From: Podospora anserina
Lineage: Eukaryota
Direction of reading: 5' to 3'
NCBI GenBank assembly: GCA_017654855.1
Contig: CM030333.1
Location: 3,720,001 to 3,784,000, forward strand
Length of the DNA: 64,000 nucleotides
Shown piece by piece: positions 11,630 through 21,130 of the stretch. Both the position numbers and the translations under genes were made by a program. The notes beneath the pieces were generated by a model, which did no database searches, was not told the DNA's origin, and was given only the letters and a program-made list of their open reading frames with translations. The stretch's first letter is position 1. Every line of letters begins with the position of its first letter.

Positions 11630-12295
11630 ATGCCACCCCCAGATTTCACCTCTCCCCTCACCTTCAAAACCTTCAACACCATCCCCTCCACCGCCGCATC
11701 CCCACCACCCCCCTCAGAAACATACTACCTCCTCGCCGAGATAAAAGAAAACCTCTCCCTCACCCGCCCAACCCTAATCTGCTCGGACCTCTCCTCCACC
11801 TCCTTCGCCCTGACTTGGTCCGACCTCCACGCCTCTCCCCACGCCTCCGACGTTGACTTCAAGGCCCTAGGTCTCAAAAAGGGGAATTGTGTCCTCTTGC
11901 CAAATGCCAAAAGAACTGACTCCTCAGATGAGGTGAAGCAAGGCAAGATTGTGATCCCCGGGGGCAAGGATGAGTGGCAAGGAAAGTCCGGGCTGAGGGT
12001 GATACCAGGCAAGCTGGAAAAGGTGGTGGAGGTGGGGCAGGATTGGGAGTTTGTGATTGAGGAGGGGGAGGGGAAGTGTGGGAGTTGCGGCAAGGAAGGG
12101 AGGGAGGAGGAGCTGGCCAAGTGTACGGGGTGTAGGGGGGTGGGGTATTGTTCCAAGGTATGCCTCTCACTGTTGAATATAAGAAATGATGATGCTAATG
12201 GGGGAGAACAGGAGTGTCAGGTTAAAGGCTGGGCAGAAGGTGGCCACAAGAGTACATGCAAGATTATCAAGACCTTCAAGGAGATATGGCCTTGA
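11630..12295 (+). CDS. MYND zinc-finger protein
   Basis: C-terminal CGSC...CTGC...YCSK|ECQ...W...HKSTC; 54-nt intron 12158-12211 (GTATGC...GCTAAT...CAG). Confidence 0.85.
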   Translation: MPPPDFTSPLTFKTFNTIPSTAASPPPPSETYYLLAEIKENLSLTRPTLICSDLSSTSFALTWSDLHASPHASDVDFKALGLKKGNCVLLPNAKRTDSSDEVKQGKIVIPGGKDEWQGKSGLRVIPGKLEKVVEVGQDWEFVIEEGEGKCGSCGKEGREEELAKCTGCRGVGYCSKVCLSLLNIRNDDANGGEQECQVKGWAEGGHKSTCKIIKTFKEIWP

Positions 12296-12495
12296 TTTAG
12301 ATACACAACAATCTCAACTATGACATCGCACTCTCAAACGAAATGACACTGCAATAAAGTTACACCAAAAGCGAGACGGTCCCACGCTAAATACATACAT
12401 ACGAACCAAAAACCCCCGAATGAATTCCCCCCCGGTCCCTATTTTGTCATTTCCCCGTCACAAAAACAACAGCCTTCCAAGATCTAACCCCCCTC

Positions 12496-14050
12496 TCAAA
12501 CACCAGTGCTCATCCACCCAAACGTCCCCACCACACTAACCAATATCAACACCGTCAATATCCCCGCGCCCGCCTTGTCCCCCGTCGTCGGCGGCAGGTA
12601 CTTGTCCTTGAAGTTATCACTCTGGCTCCCCGCGTTCGGATCCCCCTTGCTCGTGCCTCCCGTCGAGTTTGTCACAGGAGGCCTGCTCTGCCCGATCAAC
12701 AACGACGACACGGCCCCCAAGACATTCATCGTCTGCCCCGCCCCCTGGCTCCCGTCAAAGGTGCCCGTGGACCACTTAAACCCACAGGCTCTCTGTCCGT
12801 TCTTCTCGCCTACACAGCTGGCAATAGCCGCCTTGGCCGAGTTCTGCAGAACGGGCAACACCTTCGGGGCGAGAAAAGGCGCGACCTGGGTGGCGGTGGC
12901 CATCCAGCGGGCGACGTAGCCCTTGAAGCTGAGCATGTCCGTCGTGCAAGACATGTGCTCCTCGCAGGCGACCTCGTAAGCAATGTTGTCGGGGAAGAAA
13001 ACGCGGATGGTGGCGTCGGTGAGACCGTCGAGGCGTTCGCGCCAAACGTCACTGCCATTTGTCTAGGGCGTGTTAGCCAACCTTTGACTTCAGCAACCAC
13101 AATGAGGGGCAAGAGAAAAACATGCATAATTATACATGTACGCCGCCCCAAGCAAAAACACCCCGTTGTTGTACGAAAACTGCGCCCGGTTGATGTCGGT
13201 GCAGTTGTGCTCGACGTGCCCGCCGTCGTAGATGTTGTACTTTTCGTCCATGAACCCGACTCCTCTCATCCAGTCCCATGTCTTTTCCGCCCAGTCAGCG
13301 TACGTGGTGTTGCCCGTGTACCGGGCCAGTCTCGCGCCCAGGTTGAAGAAGCATCCGTTTGCGATACCTGTCTCGTGTTAGCCCCTTTTTCCCTCTGGAC
13401 GAGCCGCCGGCTGTCATGAGACGAACTATTCTTGTAATTATACCCATTATTCGACCAAGGAATCTGCCACCTCAACCCCCCGTTGCACGTCTCGTCGTGC
13501 CTGTCCGGGCTCGCCTGGGTGTTGAACACGGCCTGCGCCAACGCCAACCACTGCGGTTCATCCTCTGGTGGATCAGGAAAGTTGTTTTCCGCGGCCAGCA
13601 TCGCCGACATGCCCCAGAACCCTTGATCGTCGTTCCCCAGGGAGGCGGTGACGTTGGGGGGCATGTAGTCCTTGTCTGGGCCTACCTGCCACAGCATGGC
13701 TTGGGTGATGAGATCGTTGTAGCTGTCGTCGCCGGTGAATTTCCAGTAGTCGATCAGGGTCCCCCACATGGCGCCGCCTTCCCACCAGTAGTAATCGCCT
13801 GCTGGGGGAGGACCAGGGAGGATGCCGGGGGTTTGGCCGGTGAGGTTGCCTTTGTAGTATTGGAGAAGGTCCCAGGCGAGGAGGGAGGAGGTTTGTTTGA
13901 TGTCGGCTGGGGAATTGTTAGTATCGTCAAGGTCAGGGCAGCTGAAGAAAGGGGAAGCGCACCAGCGGACGCGATGCTATAAGTGGCGGCGTTGGCGACG
14001 GCGGCGCCACTGAGCAGAACGGCTGCCGTGTGTCGTATTGGTGAAATCAT
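12496..14050 (-). CDS. GH76 alpha-1,6-mannanase/transglycosidase, DCW1/DFG5 family, GPI-anchored
   Basis: Signal peptide, [11 protein letters not shown], catalytic [24 protein letters not shown] and a hydrophobic C-terminal GPI signal. Three introns, the third GC-AG (13063-13125). DCW1 vs DFG5 not resolved. Confidence 0.92.
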
Positions 14051-15620
14051 CTTTGGTATCAATGTTGTGGTGGTTTGTTTCTTGGTGACGAAATAGAGAA
14101 AGCGACCGGAAAGGGGGGGTGAAGAATGTGAAAAACGAATGTGGTGGTAGTGGTGTAGCTAAGTCGAAACCATCAGAGCCGCGATGATGATGTTGGTTTT
14201 TTTTTGTTGTTTTTTTTTCTTCTATTCTTCTCCTGCTGTTGCTGTTTTTTCGTAATAGAGTTGTTTGCGAAAAGCGAGTGTATGCCGGAGACTGAACGAG
14301 TGTTGTTGTGTCACGCGTATTTTCGGCTTTGACGGATGGCGATCAAGGAAAAAATACGGGGCAAGGAGAGAGAGGAGAGAGAGAGAGGGAAAACTTGGAA
14401 TGGGGGGCAAGAGGTGTCGCTAATCTGCGTCTTGATGCGCGCGTGTGGGAGCGGCACACAGCACTAATGAAATCTGGGTGGTCTTGCAGATGCTTGGGAG
14501 GACGGTCGAATCGATACTGCCGGGCATGGGATGACACGAAACGGCTCACGGAAAGCCGAGGGGTTGTCTAACAGCGCAGCAAGGATGTTATTGTATCGCA
14601 TACAGCCATCACTTCTGGAAAGAGGCACACGGTCGGGATAGTGGCTTGTGGACAGGGAGGGATGGGCTGATAAGGGAACACGAGGGGGGCTGCCTCCCGC
14701 TGATTCATATCACTGGGAGAGCTACATTCCAGCTGGGGCTCTCTTTTGGAGCTCTCCCTGAGCGAGGCATGACGTCTGTTGTTTCTCTCAACTCAATCCT
14801 CTCCTTCAAGACTTGGCATCTTGAATGATGGGGAACTCGTCGAATTCGCCGCTCTTGGCGATTCAACCAAGCATTTGCCAAGCGACGCTCCCGCAATCTT
14901 GGACAGCAGGGGGCAGCACGGGCCACCACTTCGGCCCAGGCACCGTTTCTGTCATGTCTGGTGCCAGCACTGCCATCTCCTGTCAGACAGGCTGATGACA
15001 TTGATTATTGATTGGCAAACCAAAGCCATCATTAGGTTACTCCTGGCGCTTCTTTTCATCTCTTTGAATTTGAGAGATATGAATCGAATCACCGCTTAAC
15101 CTGGTTCACTGATGCCAAGTGATAACCATCCGCTGCTTGGCAATGAGCTCACTCCGCTAACCCCAGCTATTAGCGTTCATTAAGCTCAGCCCTATTGAAT
15201 TTGACATGATTCATCACGCACTTCGTAATGATATCCTCTGCAGAAACTCATGTCAAATTCGATTTCTTGTTTTGATAGTGACACAAGGAGAACCCTGAGC
15301 AAGGCGATCGTCTCGGCACCGGCCCAAGCTGCATGGAACTGGAGGACGGGAAAGAACCACTCGTCTTGATGATCGCTCCTGGCATCATCGCTTGGCACTT
15401 GGGCACTGACACATCTTTTTCGGAGCTGCTTGCCTCTCGGACTCTCCATCAGAACAGCCCGACATCATTCTTCTGGGCCGGCCCTCCGTTTCATGTACGA
15501 CCTTTTCACTTCCTGATCTGTTGCGTGATGTGGTAGCTGTCACAGACCTAATTCTATCGCAGATACCTCTACAACTCGATACCACTCGCTCGAGCCAGCT
15601 TGGCCTTGGCCACAGACACA

Positions 15621-18435
15621 ATGGTACATATATCTCAGTCCTTCCAGTATCATGATACAATTGGTCAGCCATCAAGTGCTGATAAATTCCCCAAGAACAC
15701 CATCACCCAGACGCAACTAGACCTGCTCATCCACACCATCCGAACGACACCCATCGTCGACCATCATGCCCATCCTCTTCTGAACTGGGACAACCAGACA
15801 GGAAAATACCCCCTGCTCCACATCACCTCTGAAGCATCAGGCGACGCCATCGAAAGCGCCACCACCTCTCTTGCCCACCTGCGCGCCGTTAGACAGCTAT
15901 CTACAGAACTCAAATGTGCACCCAACTGGGAGAGCGTCGTTGCCAAGCTTGAGGCCGTCCGCCTGGATCCTGATGAACCCGATATCTGGGGTGACTGGAT
16001 AAGCCGCTGTCTGGAGGGTGTGCACACCATCCTCTTGGACGATGGGCTGGACAACAAGGAAGCTGTGGAAGACCTCGATTGGCATACTTCGTATGTCCAG
16101 AGCCCATGCAAGAGAATCTTTAGAATCGAGGCCATTGCCTCGGACCTGATCAAGCATCTTAGCGCGGGCGAGTTCCATGACGTGAAGAAAGCAGAGGCAA
16201 TCATCAAGGACCCCGCTGCCCTGAAGGAGTTTTGGGAGAACTGGGCAGGGTCGTTTGACAATGCTATCAAAAACGCAATCGACGACCCTCTTGTGGTTGG
16301 GTTCAAGAGTGTGGTTGCTTACAGGACTGGGCTGGACGTTGCCGGCAAGGAACCGAGTGGGGATGCTGTCCAGCCCGCGTTGAAGGAAGTCGTCAAAAAG
16401 TTCTTGAAGGTGCGCACCGCGAGGCTGGAGGACTCGAGCTTGAACGACTATGTCATCCACAGGACGGCAACCCTGATTCGAGACTACATGGGGAAGAATC
16501 ACGAAGAGGATATCATCAGAAAGCCCAGGAAACCGATTCAGTTCCATACCGGCCTGGGAGATAGTGACTTGACTCTGGCCAAGGCCTCGCCGAGTCACTT
16601 GCAGGAGTTCATCAGGTCGTACCCGGACGTGCCCATGGTGCTGCTGCATGCTGGCTATCCCTTCACGAAAGAGATTGCGTACATGGCTACGGTGTATAAG
16701 AATGTGTATGCCGACATTGGGGAAGTCTTTCCCTGCATCAGTAAGGACGGACAGGAGAGGGTGCTCATGGAGATTCTGGAACTGTGTCCCTGGTCCAAGA
16801 TCTTGTGGAGTACAGATGGACATTGGTTTCCCGAGACGTATCTGCTGGCGATCATGCAGATGAGGGAGGCTTTTGAAAACGTAAGTGCCAAAGAACTACT
16901 AGAGTCAGCAGGTTGGCTAACGTGCGCAGGTTCTTTGCAGTTACGTCTTGAAGGGGCAAATCGGCTGGAGAGCCGCTATCGTACTTGTCCAGGATCTGCT
17001 CTTCAAGAATGCCAACAAGCTGTATCATCTGGGGCTGGACTTTCCAAAGCCAGAGGAAGTTGCGAGCAGGTCTCTCGCGAGATATCCCAACCCATCCCGC
17101 AACCTTACGCTGCTCCGCGAGCTCCTTAACAACACCATTGAGCCGACGTTTGTTCAGATCTGCTGGAACGATTATACCGCCCTGCAGCGTATGCGTCTGG
17201 TTCCGTTCCGCAAGTTTATGACCCTATTGGAGGCAGGCAGATCGCTGGACATTGGTATCACCAAGGCTGTTTTTGGTATGATCCAGAACGACCATCTCAT
17301 TCCGAGCTCCTCAGCAACAGGAGAATATCGTCTACATCCCGATTTCTCCTCTCTCAAGCATGGCCCTGTTGCAGGACACATCAGCATGCACGGCGAGTTT
17401 CGCGAGCAGGACGGGTTTCCCGTGGCGCTTTGTCCACGATCGCTGCTCCTTCGGTCAGTCGAGATTGGCTCCCAGAAGGGACTCGGGTTTCTGCTTGGGT
17501 TCGAGATTGAGTTTCTGTTGTTGGAGCGTGTCGAAGACGATTCGGTTCTGGACCGCTACACAGCTCTCAAGACCGACGGCCACGCGTGGTCTGTCTCCAA
17601 GTACTACGCCAACCCCAAGATCAACGCTTTGCTCAAAAACATGGTGGAGACCCTCGACCAGATGGATATTTACGTGGAGCAGATTCACGCCGAGTCTGCC
17701 ACTGGCCAGTTCGAACTCATCCTTCCGCCCTACCCGCCCGTTCAGGCAGTTGATACCCTGCTGCACACCCGAGATGTCATGGCCAACCTGGCCACAGAAG
17801 CGGGCTTCAAGATGACACTCCACCCCAAGCCATTTGCCAAAGCATGTGGCACTGCCGCTCATATGCACATGAGCATCCTGCCCGAAGCCGACGCTTTTGA
17901 TGCGGAGAAGGTGACGCGGCACTTTTACGCTGGTGTACTCAAGCACCTGCGCGCCATCACGGCTTTTAGCTATTCCAACGCGGCAAGCTACGACAGGGCG
18001 CAAGACGGCGTTTGGGCTGGCGGGCGGTGGGTAGCTTGGGGCACGCAGAACAGGGAGACGGCGCTCAGGAAGATTGAGGGGTCGCACTGGGAGGTGAAGA
18101 TTATTGATGGGCTGGCAAACCCATACTTCGTCGCTTCAGCAGTCTTACTAGCGGGGATCAGGGGAGTGGAAACAGAGGAGAAGATGGTTTGGGACGATTG
18201 CGAGATGGACCCGGCCAAGTTGAGTGATATGGATCGGAAGGAGCTGGGAATTTCGCAGATGCTTCCGGCTAGTGTTGAGGAGGCGTTGAGGGCGCTGCAG
18301 GAGGATACGGAGATGGTGGAGATGTTGGGGCATGAGTTGGTGGAGAGGTATGTGGCTATCAAAGAGTTTGAGGACGAGTTTTTGGGGAAGATGGGGGCTG
18401 AGGTGAGGAGGTTGTGGTTGATGGAGCGGTATTAG
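15621..18435 (+). CDS. fluG: FluG-like protein: N-terminal amidohydrolase fused to a glutamine-synthetase-I-like domain
   Basis: Amidohydrolase motifs IVDHHAHPL, GFKSVVAYRTGL, QFHTGLGD, LLHAGYPF and STDGHWFPETY; GS-like motifs GFEIEF, HAESATGQFE, HMHMS, WGTQNRE and DGLANPY. Intron 16881-16929 and probable intron 15624-15695. Confidence 0.92.
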
Positions 18436-19166
18436 TTTGATGCTGTAAAGATGGGTTGAGGAGTATGCTTAGATAGGCCGCAGAAGATTGGTGAATAACG
18501 GGAACATGATATACTTGTGTGTCTTTTTCTTCTTTTTCTTCTTTTTTCTTCATGTCTTCAGCCTTGCCTTCCAGGTTGATACTTGCCCCACGCATGCACC
18601 CGCCCCCGCAATCAGGGGTCGCTGACAGGGGTCAGCCAACCGTTAGCGTGGAGCTGGAACTGGCGGCGCATGGCTTGGCGCTGGAATCTGCCGCAGAAAG
18701 GTCAAGCTGTCCTCAAGATTCAATTGGCGATGGTTGCAACGGTTTGCGGCTGATTGACTTTTGATTTTTTTTTTCGTTTACGTGATACTCCTTTTTCGAC
18801 GAGAGGCAGCTGACGACTGACAATTGCTTTGTCTTTGTCAAAGAAAGCCCGACGGTGTTACCGGCACGCCGATGCGGTAACCCCAACTTTTTTTCCCCCG
18901 ACAACTGGAATTCGAGGCTGGTGGAGGGGCCCACGGAGGGACATGATCAGCGGCCATCCTGAGGCTTGAGCTGAGAGTAACCTACGACGACACCGACGGC
19001 AGACGAAACCGACGATACTTGATATTGATATCGAAGACGGGCAAAGAACATACGACGCGCGTCTTCAAAGTACACAGCCAGCTGAGAGCTAGGCCATATC
19101 GACGCTCCCGTCGCACACGAGACGTACAAGGTCCACACACAGCAGAAACCACAACCACCAACAACC

Positions 19167-20490
19167 ATGATGAACGGCTACGATGAAAAACGGGGCCACC
19201 GCACCGACGATGACGACCCCTTCGCCGCCAAAGGCAACATCGTCAGCGCCTTTGATGCCTTTCGTATGTTTCCCACCCTCCACCCTCCAACCCACCACCC
19301 CATCACCGTCTGCTAACATGTGTCCCCCCCACACAGCAAAAGCCAAACCCCAATACGTAACTCACACCTCCTCCGGCGGCAAGTGGACAGTTGCCATGAT
19401 GATCCTCTCCCTCTGCCTCGTCTGGTCCGAGCTCGCCCGCTGGTGGCGCGGCACCGAAACCCACACCTTTGCCGTCGAAAAGGGCGTCTCCCACGGCATG
19501 AACCTCAACCTCGACGCCGTCATCAAGATGAAGTGCGCCGACATACACGTCAACGTGCAGGATGCCTCGGGGGATAGGATTCTAGCTGCCGAGGCGCTGT
19601 ACCGTGACCCGACGAACTGGGGGCAGTGGGTGGATCAGAGGGGGATTCACAAGTTGGGGAGAGACACTCATGGCCGTCTACTGACCGGCGAGGGTTTCGT
19701 CGACGGGACGCAAGAGGAGGGTTTCGGGGAGGAGCACGTGCATGACATTGTTGCGTTGGGGAGCAAGAAGGGGAGGTGGGGGAAGACGCCGAGGTTGTGG
19801 GGGAGGGAGGTGGACAGTTGCCGGATTTATGGGACGTTGGAGTTGAACAAGGTGCAGGGTGACTTTCACATCACGGCGAGGGGGCATGGGTACGCGCAGT
19901 TTGGGGAGCATTTGTCCCATGACGGTTTGTCTTTCCCCCCCCCCCCCCTCATTTTTCCCACTTTAAATATCTGCTAACACTTTGGTCTAGCATTCAACTT
20001 CTCCCACATCATCAACGAGCTATCCTTCGGCCCTTACCTCCCCTCTCTGATCAACCCGCTCGATCAGACCGTCAACTCGGCCCCAGAACACTCGCACTTT
20101 CACCGCTTTCAGTATTTCCTCTCCATCGTCCCGACAGTCTACAGCCTCGGCCACCCAGACTCATATTCGTCCCGCTCCATCTTTACAAATCAATACGCCG
20201 TCACGGAGCAGTCCGCTCCTATTCCAGAGAACATGGAGATGCAGATGATTCCCGGGATTTTTGTCAAGTACGACATCGAGCCGATCCTACTGAATATTGT
20301 CGAGGACAGGGATAGCTTCTTTGTCTTTTTGATCAAGGTGGTGAATATCCTGAGCGGCGCCATGGTGGCGGGGCATTGGGGTTTCAGGCTCAGCGACTGG
20401 GTGAATGAGGTGAGGGGACGGAGGAGGAGGAACGCGGGACATAGCCAGGGGATGCTGGGGACCAAGGGGGGTGGGGAGTATGAGGAGTGA
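19167..20490 (+). CDS. ERV41: ER-Golgi COPII vesicle protein Erv41 (ERGIC family)
   Basis: SAFDAFPK, CRIYGTLELNKVQGDFHITARGHGY, FNFSHII, FQYFLSIVPT and PGIFVKYDIEP; lacks the Cys-rich Erv46 insert. Introns 19264-19336 and 19925-19990. Confidence 0.88.
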
Positions 20491-21130
20491 TTTGTGTTTT
20501 CTTTTTTTTTTTTGTTTTTTTTGTTTTTTTTTGTTAGCACTTTGAAGGTAGGGGGGTTTTCTGGGTTGTATACAAAATGGATTCTTGTTTTTTTTTTTTG
20601 ACTGAGCTCCTGATACAAACGGGTGGGTTGATGAAAAGTGTTGTTTATATATACCATGCGAGACGGACTATTGGCGTTTTGATGTTATTTTCGAGTAAAT
20701 ATGAGAGAGAATATGTTCGTCCTTTGCCATCATGAACGACTGTGTCTAATATTCAGAATCAAACTTTTTGCTCCTGGTGTATCAAAACCCGTCTTCTCAC
20801 TCCAACCACTACCTGCTGCTGTCTCTGCCCCAGCAACCCAAATAAACAGTCTTGGCACCACTCACCAGCGCCAAGACAATTACCCCTATTTCCTTCGAGT
20901 CTGTCCACTTTCTCGGCCACACTCTTCCAGACAAAAAAATGACTGGGCACCAGCAAGTCTGTAAAACGTGTACCACACCTCATCACATTGACAGCAACCC
21001 AATTAAGAAACCACAAATGCCATCAATTCGCTACTTTCGCTACAGAAGCCCCACCGTTCACCGCTGCATATTCATCCTAGTACCATTGCAGTTCATAGTT
21101 CCTCTTCACCCTCAGTCCAATCCGTCAATC

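Noticed and set aside
15897-16823. 308-aa minus-strand ORF (likewise 8861-9502, 39149-40366 and 40986-41897)
   Set aside because: Antisense shadows of well-supported genes, caused by codon bias.
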